DNA of 63,683 nt, counting the filler, from Folioceros fuciformis (Eukaryota): the NCBI GenBank assembly GCA_049999805.1. It is 4 parts of 4 records of this genome, joined end to end, with 100 filler letters (N's around TTAATTAATTAA, not from the genome) between each part and the next. Parts side by side here need not be neighbours in the genome. Positions count along the whole stretch, not along the records: positions 28,885 to 39,055 come from JBNGIO010003123.1; positions 39,156 to 54,258 come from JBNGIO010003124.1; 2 more parts are not named here. One strand, given 5' to 3'. A model generated the notes under the pieces. That model did not search any database. It was not told where the DNA came from and saw only the letters and a list, made by a program, of their open reading frames with translations. Shown here one piece after another: positions 35,420-45,658 of this stretch. The translations under genes and the position numbers were made by a program. Each line of letters starts with the position of its first letter. Position 1 is the first letter of the stretch.

Positions 35420-38400
35420 TGTAGTATTTAGAATTGCATGCAGAAGCGTCTTGAACAAAGATGCTATATAAACAAAAGTCAAACAAGTGTGTTCATAGGT
35501 GGGCTTTTATAGGTGGTTTCCTCAAGGGATGTGTCCTTTCACTACCTCAGCTAACTACCTATATTAATTGCTAGGTCTAGCTGACTAACCATATTGGTAC
35601 AGAACCAACGTGGTCTGCTAATATTTCTAACTCTCCCTCTCAGACACGTTGCTGTTCTGAGGGCTAAGAAACGGAGATCACCACTAAGAATAACGAGCAC
35701 AGGAAGGCTACCATCTTCAACTCGACCATCACATCTTCTAGTCGCACCTGCTGACGCTGAGTCCGTCGTCGACAGCAACTCACGCAGTAGAGCACCAGTC
35801 ATGACCAGAGTGGAAGCAAGTCCTCTAGTTAAGTTATCTTTGGTGGCGATGGAGCAACCACGGAAAGCCTCACCAGATGTGTGATTTGTGTAGCGTCACA
35901 TAGCTACTACAATCTACAAGTCCTAGCCCTTCTCTGTGGAAACAGTGTTTAAACTTGGGCAAAGACTTTGTCAAAACATCAGCCGTATTATCATCTGTTG
36001 ACACATACTGTACCTTCACTAAGCCCCTCTCAGCAGCATCTCTAACATAGTGATGTTGAATCTCGATGTGCTTAGTACGGGCGTGAAACATAGGGTTGGA
36101 GACTAAGGCGATGGGTGACATATTATCACAGTTAATAATCGTAGGTCCTGCTTGTTGCATACCTAAGTCTTCGCATAACTTCCTTTCCCACTCTGCCTCC
36201 TTTGTAGCTTCTGTGAGAGCTTTGTACTTTGATTCCGTGGAGGACAAATATATAGAGGCTTGTTTTCTACAAGACCAATTCCCAACTGTGGACCCGGCAA
36301 GGAAGCAATAGGCCGAAAGACTCTTTCGAGTATCTGCATCGGAAGCCCAATCTGCATCGACATAGCAAGTCAATTGTAGACTCCTTTTGCCACTGGGCTT
36401 GAAGCAGAGACCATAGTTAAGAGTACCCTTGAGGTACCGCATAATTCTTTTAAGTGCTACCCAGTGATCCCTTCCTGGGTTCTCAGAGAATTGCGCAACT
36501 GCATTAACAGTATTAGATATGTCTCGTCTTGTCCAATTGCTTAGAAACATGAGGGTGCCGACCACCATACGATAAGGCACACTCTCCATTTCCTTTTTCT
36601 CTTTGTCAAACTGTGGACAAGAAGACGAGGAGAGCTTAACTCCAACAGCACCTGGGGTGACAGCTGCTCGTGCATTCTCCAAGTTGAACCTCTTGAGCAT
36701 CCCAGCTACATATCAACCTTGATGAAGGTAGATAGCTCCAGAGGACCTGTCTTTGTGTACGTGCATCCCAAGAATGTATTTAACTTGACCCAAATCTTTC
36801 ATTTCAAACTCTTTGCTGAGATCAACCTTGATTTGGTTAACCAGCTCCACATTATTACCGGGGATAACTAAGTCATCCACGTATAACGCTATTAAAACAA
36901 GTGAGCTGTCCTTATGAAGCACATACAAGTTAGTATCTGCTTCGCTTTGCACGAGACCAATCTTCTTAAGATAAGAGTCAATTCTCTTGTACCACAGTCG
37001 AGGACTTTGTTTTAGCCCATAAATAGATCGAAGGAGTTTACACAGCTTTTGTGGGAATCTCTTATCCTGATAATCCTCAGGTTGATCCATGTAGATCTCT
37101 TCTTCCAAGTGACCATAGAGGAAGGCTGTACAAACGTCCAGCTGATAGATGTCCAAGTTAAGTTCTGCACACAAAGCAAGGAGCATCCTTATCGAAGCTG
37201 CTTTAACGTTAGGGGAGTAGACTTGATCGCCTTGATAGTCAACTCCTTCTTTCTGACTATAGCCCTTGGCGACTAGCCTCGCTTTATAACGTATGCGGGG
37301 CTCAACCTCTTGAAACTTTATTTTGAGTACCCACTTGCACTTGATAGTTGTCCTTCCTTGGGGTAGATCCACGAACGGCCAAGTGTTATTCTTGACTAAA
37401 GAGTTATACTCATCATCAACAGCCAGTTTCCACTTGTTAGCCTCAGGTCTAGCATAGGCTTCATGAAGCGTGAGAGGATCTCCCTCTGAAACAGCAGAAC
37501 TCATAGCAAAAGAATAGGCAGCTGGATCAAGATTTGTATACCCAGCTTGATTAAACTCCAAGTCAAATGGCTTCTCATGCCAGAGGTGTCTTGGGAGTCG
37601 TTGACGCGTAGGGTACCTACACTCAGGAACAACGACTTCAGGTCTTGGGGGTGATGGGGTCGGTAGAGAAGTATCTGGGGCCGCACCAACATGTATGTCC
37701 CCCAACTCCAAAGGCATTTGTCCTTGTGCATCATCCATGGGCCGATCATCTTCCCCCTCTCGAGCAGGACCCGGAGGAACCGAAACTGCTTGAGGTAGAG
37801 GAGCCATGGTGGGAACAGAACTATCAAGAAAAGACGAAGGGCTGATATCAAAGTTAACAGAAAGGCCATCAATGGAGCGGGGACTGGTGGAGGTAGAAGC
37901 AAAAGCATCATCCTCAGCCAAGAGTGGATTAGAGGAGAGGATGCTAGCCTCATCGAAAGTGACAGTCCGAGCATAAATAGGAGTCCGAGTAGCCATGTCA
38001 AGCAACTTGTATGCCTTGCGATCCTCCCCATAACCCACAAAAACCAACTTTTGTGCTCGGGAAGAAAGCTTATCATGGAGTGGGGAGGGAACATAAGCAT
38101 AAGCAGGAGAGCCAAAGATGCGCAAATGACCGATCAAAGGCTTGTACCCATGCCAACACTCAAAGGGAGTACGGCCCGCCATTGACTTAGTCAGTAACCT
38201 ATTCTTGATGTAGGCGGCCGTAGAGACTGCCTCAGCCCAAAAAGACTTAGGCAAGCGAGACTGGGCTAGCATAGCCCGCGCCATGGCCATAAGGTCGCCA
38301 TTGGCCTTCTCAGCAACACCGTTCTGAGCAGAAGTGTAGGGAACCGTGAATTGTCGCAAGATCCCTCGCTCCTCACAGTAGGCTTTGAACTGATGGTTGT

Positions 38401-39055
38401 TGAGTTCTCCAGCATTGTCGGATCTAATGTACCGCAGCTTGCAACCAGTGTGCAACTCGGCCATAGAAACAAAAGGGGAGAACACAACAAAGGAGTCACT
38501 CTTGAGACGAAGGGGGTACGCAAACGAGTAGTGGGAATAATCGTCCACTATCGTCATAAAATGGCGTGCTCCGCCTAGAGAAGTAACAGGGAGAGGTCCA
38601 CACAAATCTATGTGAATTATCTCCAAAGGCTGAGAAGCTCTATGAGCAGGAAGACTAGAGTAGGGAGAGCTCCGCTACTTGGCGAGCACACACGCTTCAC
38701 AAAGAGGTGGTGTCTTAGCCAAGGAAGGCAACTTATCTCGATACAAGTCCTGTTGTGTCATGGCAAGGAGCTTGTCATGATTGAGGTGCCCAAGGCGACA
38801 GTGCCAGAGGTGAGCATTCCTTGATGGAGGAAGCCCTGGTGGTGTGGCAACCTTAGAAGATTCTACTACGGCTGCAAGTGTAGGGGTTACAGGGGTGCCT
38901 GTGAAAATGTAGAGATCACTCCAGGGCTGCCCTCTGGCTACAGGTTGCCTTGGTTGAGAGGAACGATAGAGGAAGCAATCCTCACGGCCAAACTCCAGCC
39001 GAAAATCTCCATTAACCAGAAGTTGGCGAACGGATATCAAATTCTTAGCCATCTG
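35420..39055 (-). mobile_element. Ty1/Copia element (3' LTR, PPT, RNase H, RT, integrase; 5' part lost at gap)
   Basis: LTR ~35420-35632 and PPT (minus strand tgagagggag). ORFs 35870-36700 (YVDADWA, HARTKHIEI), 36713-38626 (IHIDLCGP, IRSDNAGE, YKARLVAKGYSQ, LYVDDL) and 38675-39052 (LWHCRLGH..CEAC). Confidence 0.95.
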
Positions 39056-39155
39056 NNNNNNNNNNNNNNNNNNNNNNNNNNNNNNNNNNNNNNNNNNNNT
39101 TAATTAATTAANNNNNNNNNNNNNNNNNNNNNNNNNNNNNNNNNNNNNNNNNNNN
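39056..39155. other. Artificial contig-join spacer
   Basis: 44 N + TTAATTAATTAA + 44 N. Confidence 0.97.
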
Positions 39156-39296
39156 AAGATCATACCCTTCCTCGTCGGTGCGTTCATGCTTGATCTCGGC
39201 TTCATAGCCTTGGCCTCCGGCAGACTTGCTATCCGGGTGCTAGACCGTATGGAACAAAACAAGAAGCCGAGGACCCGGTTGTCCCCAGATCCATGA
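39156..39296 (+). CDS. 3' end of a PGG-domain membrane protein paralog (5' part lost in gap)
   Basis: KIIPFLVGAFMLDLGFIALASGRLAIRVLDRMEQNKKP...* aligns with KIIPVLIGAVLLDACFVGFLSGKVAIRMLDSIEQDNNP of 42369-43067. Not in the ORF track. Confidence 0.8.
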   Translation, partial: KIIPFLVGAFMLDLGFIALASGRLAIRVLDRMEQNKKPRTRLSPDP

Positions 39297-39825
39297 GTAG
39301 AGCACTCTCCAAACAAGGATACAAGGTACTAATTTCCGCGGTGTAGGTCGCGTCTTGCCGGTTTATGCGGTGTCGGGTGGACGGAGAGCATCTTGTTGTA
39401 GGACATCCAAAGGATTTGTGCGATAGTGCGATAGTAGAACCTGAAGAAGATAATGATCACGATAAGATTCATACCTGTACCTATCGAGGTATGTATCGTC
39501 GAGTTAGCTAGTACGAGGCGTCGTAGCCAAAGAACATTTGAAATGTACTTACTGTACTTGCCCTGTAGGAGCTAGTCTTCACATTTGCGCATAGTAGACA
39601 CGGCTTCAATACAAAACAAGTACGAATGAATTTATGATCAGATGAGATACATGGATTATAGTACCACATAACGGAATGGATTAGGGCCACGGATGTAACA
39701 TAGACTTCCATTTGACATGTAACATTGACTTCCGATCGGAAGCGTAGCCAGGCTAGGTGGTTCTGGGGACTGAGATCGGAAGTCAGGCTAGGTGGTTCTG
39801 GGGACTGAGATAGTAATCGGTCAAA

Positions 39826-40848
39826 ATGACAGCCAGGTATACAATGCTAGCAGGCTTTAGGATAACACCTACAATTGTTGGCCTTTACGATAACACCTAC
39901 AACAACTGTATTCCTTCCGTGGTCTTCCACTCCTGCCATTATTCAGCATTTCTTATGTTTCCACGTATGGGCGGTGCCGCGGCACACGCCCTGGGCAGGT
40001 TACGGAGAAAGGAAGCCCGGGGTTTGAGAGACATGACGGACGTGCTCCTGGCACGACCTGAAGTGAAGAAATACGTGGGTGATAAGGAAAGGAGTAAACA
40101 GAGTCTGCAAAACTCCGCCAACGGACTGCTTGTGGTGCGCACTCTTACGTCCGGGCTCTCCTTTGCAGCAACCATAACACCACGCCCATGGATTCTGGTA
40201 GACTCCATGTCCCCGTCCCCTGCTCCTCGCTCACTCGGGGACGTTGGAGATGGGCTGCTAGTCCCCCTCGACAACTTCTGGTTGTTCAATCACCTCACCT
40301 TCTTCTTGTCCCCAGTGGGTTTCACCGCTGCCATCGCTTGCTTTCTCCCTCCCCGCATCGGCTCCGAGAACTTATTCGAGGAGGCCGTGGAGGTGGTGCG
40401 GCTCAATCGGCTTGTCGTCCTTAGCACCGTCATGGTCCTCGCAGCTTCATTTTGCGCCAACTGCGCCCTCCTATCAGTTGGGTGTGCGAACCTGGGGGTA
40501 AGGTTCCCGGAGGGCACTACCAAATTGTTGGTCGTCGTGCTCCTAGCAGTCTCTTACACTGCGTCCCTTCTCGCAGTGATTGAACCCCACGTGTCGGGCG
40601 GCGTCAACAGCTTCGGGCCTGATCCCTTTGGCCTGGCAGCGGACGCTGTCGAACTGCTAGCATGCAAAGATCCCCCCGCAAAACGAAAGGTGATGTGGTG
40701 CAAACTGTTTCGCACGGTCTTGGACACGGTCGTCCTCGGTGCAAACTGTGTCGCACGGTCTTGGACAAAGTCGTCCTCGGTGCAAACTGTTTCGCACGGT
40801 CTTGGACAAGGTCGTCCTCTTCTCACTGTCCACATTCATCTTCTATAA
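39826..40848 (+). CDS. PGG-domain (ankyrin-TM family C-terminal) membrane protein, possibly truncated or a pseudogene; true start probably at or after 39967
   Basis: QSLQNSANGLLVVRTLTSGLSFAATITP, FWLFNHLTFFLS and further hydrophobic helices. The ORF 5' end lies in a repeated non-coding motif and the 3' end runs through a 41-bp triplication. Confidence 0.65.
   Translation: MTARYTMLAGFRITPTIVGLYDNTYNNCIPSVVFHSCHYSAFLMFPRMGGAAAHALGRLRRKEARGLRDMTDVLLARPEVKKYVGDKERSKQSLQNSANGLLVVRTLTSGLSFAATITPRPWILVDSMSPSPAPRSLGDVGDGLLVPLDNFWLFNHLTFFLSPVGFTAAIACFLPPRIGSENLFEEAVEVVRLNRLVVLSTVMVLAASFCANCALLSVGCANLGVRFPEGTTKLLVVVLLAVSYTASLLAVIEPHVSGGVNSFGPDPFGLAADAVELLACKDPPAKRKVMWCKLFRTVLDTVVLGANCVARSWTKSSSVQTVSHGLGQGRPLLTVHIHLL
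40698..40819. repeat. 41-bp tandem repeat x3
   Basis: ggtgcaaactgtttcgcacggtcttggacacggtcgtcctc with few variants. Confidence 0.92.
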
Positions 40849-41299
40849 ACTTTATGGACAGCGATCTTCTAAACTGCACGGACAGCCATCTTCAATAAAC
40901 TGTAGGGAGCTTAAGAGCCTGTTACAAAATGTGTAGGGCCAACCAAAGGGTTGAACCTCTGCAATACTCTTCTTAGCATTTTTTTTTCTTAGTATTTTCT
41001 TTTCACTGTTCAAGATAAGTGAAGAATTACTTGGTAGAGGATACTCATCCACTCTTAGCTCTAAAGGTTCTACTCACCCATCAAAATACAAAAGTTATGC
41101 TAAACATAACAAGTAGTCAGTGTTTTTTGTAACATATTTCATATGTACACTCAGGTTTTTTAACATTTTTTACCTGTTTTTAAATAAGAAGAAAGCATTT
41201 TCAATGGCTACTCGTTTAGAAGAAAACCAAGAATTGAATGCTCTTTGTTTCGCATTCACAAGCATTTTGAAGCCTTCAACGAATGTGAATACACCCCCT

Positions 41300-41358
41300 A
41301 AAACATAACTTAAAGTAAGAAGTAGAGCTAAAACATAACTTAAAGTAAGAAGTAGAGC
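41300..41358. repeat. 30-bp tandem duplication
   Basis: aaaacataacttaaagtaagaagtagagc twice. Confidence 0.85.
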
Positions 41359-42368
41359 ATAGGATTGATCTCATGGCCTTGTAGAGGTAATGGGAAGACT
41401 TCCACTAAATATGACTTTCGGGCATTTGCAAAGTCCACACAAAGAGTAGTTTCTCAAGTTGCCAAAATTAGTATGAACAATATATACATCATATTCTAAT
41501 CGAATCCTATATTGTATGAATCCTATATTGTATAAATCCTCTTAGTACAAAGAATGTAATTACTATTTTTGGAAAGTTTGGACAAGAAGCAAAGATCCAA
41601 AGGTACTTTCCGTCTCTTTTTCAATAAGAGAAATACTCCAAATTCATTAGTATACAATGCTTGCATGTTTTAGATAACACCTACAATTGTTGGCCTTTAG
41701 GATAACACCTACAACAACTTAGAGAAGTCTACAGTCTTCAAAGAAAATTGCTTTGGCCTTTAGGATAACACCTACAACAACTGTAGAGAAGTCTCTAGTC
41801 TTCAAAGAATATTGCTTCTTATTGGTTCCGTAAGGTCCATGTCTTGCACTCCTGCCATTATTTAGCTTATCTTTCCGCCATCCTGGGTCTACACCATCTC
41901 CATGATCCCCCCCACATGTGAAGAGGGTTCCTAAACCCGGTCCACCGGGTGTATGATCCCCACGAGACCCCCCTGCGTCAACGTGCAATTCAGAGTCCAC
42001 TCCCACCGCACCCGGCGCCGGCAGGGCATAGATGCGGATTGACGATTGTCACACGTGAACACGGGCACAGCTTGTGAACGCCTGTATATGATGGCGCTGG
42101 TCGGGGTGGAGTGTGGGAATGCTTCTACTTTGGTCACTGCCCTTGTCTCTTGTCCTCACAGCCTCAGCGTCAGCCTCGCCACGGACGCATTCTGAAGTGA
42201 AGTTCATTACACTTGAGAAGGAGGAATGAGAAATGTGGCGGTCGCCCCTGTGAATCATCACCAGGTGAAACTTCGCAGCTGCAGCTAGCCATATGAAGGG
42301 TTTCCTCTCCGCATTCTAGTCTGACTCGTTTTTCTCGGCTACAGACCTCTCGGCCGAATTCGGAGGAT

Positions 42369-43067
42369 ATGGAAGATGGAGGTGGAGACCAAACTCAGAC
42401 CACTAAGGTGAGTAGGCGCAAGACTCACCCTCGCGATGCGGCGATAAGTGGCGTGCCGGATTGCCTCTGATGCATCTGCTGGTTATGGATGCAGACGGGG
42501 AACGACAGCGGCCAGCAGCATCCGCAGGGTGAAATATCGCCGTCGGTAAAGCGCTGGCCGCTTCAGGACTTGGACAGCCAGGAGCAAACGGTGATAGCCG
42601 TGTCCGCCTTGGTCATCACGCTCGCATTTTCCGGCGCGCTGCAGCCTCCTGGGGGCATCAATACGGACCCGAAAAACGAATCCGTTAGGCAGGGATCGGG
42701 TAATCTTTCGGGATCGGTGTCTTTCTGGGTCTTCTTCGGCGCAAATGGCGTCGCAATGGCGGCTGCTTCGATCGCTGTCTTCTTGGTCCTGTTGAAGAGC
42801 AAGAGGGAAACGCGAAACAAGTGGTTTCGGCGGGCTGGGTTGGCGCTCTGCTTTATTTCTATCCAGTCCTCCTTGCTTGCATTTGGTGTTACGGTGTGGA
42901 TTATCGCAGGCGACCGGCGGTACAAGATCATCCCGGTCTTAATCGGTGCGGTCCTGCTTGATGCCTGCTTTGTTGGATTCCTCTCTGGCAAAGTTGCAAT
43001 CCGGATGCTAGACAGTATTGAACAAGACAACAATCCGCAACAAGCCGAGGACCTGGCTGTCCCCTAA
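42369..43067 (+). CDS. Stand-alone PGG-domain membrane protein (2 exons: 42369-42407, 42495-43067)
   Basis: QTVIAVSALVITLAFSGALQPPGG..GSGNLSGSVSFWVFFGANGVAMAAASIAVFLVL, four hydrophobic helices. Exon 1 MEDGGGDQTQTTK, donor GTGAGT, acceptor TGCAG, in frame. Confidence 0.88.
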
Positions 43068-43470
43068 GTCCAAGTCCAAGTCCAAGCTGGCTAGTGGGAA
43101 GATTAAGGTGAGTAGTAAAGGAGGCTCCAAAGGATTCGTGCAAATACGTCACCAGGTGTAGGCTTCGCGATGTTGCTTCTTGGCCTCCCGACTGGAGCGA
43201 ACACGAAAACTTCGCGTCGCCGCTGTAACACAAGTAATTTGATTTCTACATTCAAATGTATCCCGAATAGCCGTACGTCCTCGTATGTATAAGCTGTGGA
43301 GATAGACGGGAGGTAGGCGGTGGTGTCGCACCGGCGTGCACGACGGTGAAGCGCACGCCTGGGCAGGACGGGTGGCCTCATGGTATGCATGCTCCTGGAC
43401 AAGGTGGATGGCCTGTGGTGGGGCCTACGTGCTTGGAAAGCCGTGCCTCGTACCTTTGTCCGGAGGTTTA

Positions 43471-45320
43471 GCTTGAAGCGCCTTTCACGACGAAGCCGAC
43501 AAAAGCAACCGCGCAGTAATAGTTACCTACCATAAAGAAAGGAGAATGTTATTTTAAACATCTTTCTGCCATCTTTCGGCCCGCCGTTTGTCAGGCTTAC
43601 GGTGCAGTGTTTCGATTTATGTCAGGGTTTTTTCAGCTTCTGGTCCCATGGGTTGGCCCGAGATTTATAATGAAATGGATTAAGCCTATCGAAACGTGCC
43701 CTAAAACTCAAACCTACGCTTAAGTTGGCCACAAAGTTGTTGTGGCCATACGCAAGATCCCGTTCCTGCTTGTTGCGGCCGTCCCGCAAGATTGTGTTCT
43801 TGCTTGTTCCATCTGCAGGGTGTGCCTGTGGCTTGGCCTTGTGGGGTTAAGTATTCTATTACTTTGCGGTCAATGGATGAAGCGATGGCTGTTTTGGCTG
43901 CTTTTTCTCAACTGCCAGATTCGGATGATGAAGTTGTGGCTCTAGGATTTGCAAGTCAATATGAGGCAACACAAAGCAGGCGGTCAAACTCTCTCAAGTC
44001 TCTCATCTGGTCAGAAGAGGCAACGTCCACGCTAATTGACTCATACCATGAGATGCATCTTGTGCATCTCAAAGTTGGAAATGTAGGGAACAAGCACTGG
44101 TCTGAAATAGCCAAAGAGGTGGCTAGTACTTATCTATGTGGCAAGAAGTGCAAGCAGAAGCTAGAGAATCTTAAGAAAGAGTATCGCAAGGAGACGGAGA
44201 TGAAGTCAAGCACAGGTTACATGAATTCTACTTGGCCTCATTTTCCATTGGCCATCAATACACCCCACCATGTTAGGTAACCCCGTAAGAGTTTGGAACT
44301 TGGCTGAAATAACTTGTTGCCTATGTTGGGAAGGCCACGTCATAAAATGTGAGAATAATTTTTTTGGATTGCTTAACACTTCAGTAATGTATAAAGTGTA
44401 TTGTAACACTATAGCTGCACCAACTCCATACATATCAGCAATAATATGTGGCAACAAACCACGAGCAAGGCGGTGAAGCACCATTGCCACTGCATGATCT
44501 AGTTGTAAAGGTTCCCGTAAGGAAGACAAAACAATGTGAGATTTTAGTAAACTAACCAATGAAATGAAATTGGGATAAAACATTATGTAAGCAAATCGCC
44601 ATTGAGCATCACGAACTCTCGCCCCGTCCCTATGCCAAGCTATCATGTGCACATCCCTCCATAATGCTATTTGACAAGGATATTTCCACCAGGCTCTATG
44701 TTGGAGCCGCGTATTCTCCTATAGTCATCATAGATATAAAAATAATAATAATAACAAAATTCAAAAAGAAGGGATCATTGAAAAAAATGAATGTTCAAGG
44801 AAGAAGATGGACATCATTCTAGATAGATAATTGTAAATGAGGAGGAACGCATCTCATCATTGTAGAAAATAAATAAATAAATAAATAATCCATAACTACA
44901 TGGATAAAAATCCTATATTATTGCACACAAAAAGGGAAGAGCAAGGTTACACACCAAATGCAACGAGGGATGGGAAGGGCTGCACACCAAAGTGAAAAGA
45001 GGGGAGGGAAACTCTAATGACCTAAAATGTGAGAAGGTGGCCTTATATAGGTCCCGGTCGTATTACAAAAAGGCATTTAACATTAAATCCATATTACCAA
45101 TATCGGGCTTGGACGAGACGCCCGTCCCGAGTTTGGTGCTTGACCATTAAATGTAGGCCTGCGCAGGTCAAGGTCAAGCTGTGAGACACTGCACCGTGAA
45201 AGCCTAACATCGATCCATCACAGCGCTTTCGCAGTTTTTCTTTCTTTAGCCTTTATAATGGATGGTAACCGTATCGACGCTGTTCATTTTGTCACCTACG
45301 TTGTGAAAGGCGTTTGAGCC
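43471..45320. mobile_element. PIF/Harbinger DNA transposon, internally deleted copy 1 (Myb/SANT ORF on +, transposase 5' half on -)
   Basis: Imperfect TIRs gcttgaagcgcctttcacgacg / cgttgtgaaaggcgtttgagcc. Trihelix WSEEATSTLI..HWSEIA..CKQKLENLKKEYRK..STWPHF (43792-44245) abuts minus-strand transposase LHRLARG..IADMYGVG..GLPNMVGCIDG. Confidence 0.88.
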
Positions 45321-45658
45321 TACTGGGTGGACGGAGAGCATCTTGTTGTAGGACATCCAAAGGATTTGTGCGATAGTAGAACCTAAAGAAGATAATGATC
45401 ACGATAAGGTTCATACCTATACCTATCAAGGTATGTGTCATCGAGTTAGCTAGTATGGGGCATGGAATGGTACTTACTCTACTTGCCTTGTGTGAGCTCC
45501 TGTTCACATTTCCGCAAATTAGACAAGGCTTCGATACAACACAATTACGAATGAATTATCATCAGATGAGATACATGGATGGATGGAACATGACAATGGC
45601 TCATATGAGCAAGTCCACTTAACAAAGTTATGAGGGCACTTGTCAACCTGGCACTTTG

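Noticed and set aside
35594-35884. Antisense ORF in the 3' region of the 35420-39055 Copia
   Set aside because: Non-ATG start inside the LTR, Ser/Arg low complexity, no intron signal and no second copy showing conservation.
39104-39316. Minus-strand ORF running into Ns
   Set aside because: Shadow of the plus-strand PGG 3' end, terminated by the artificial linker.
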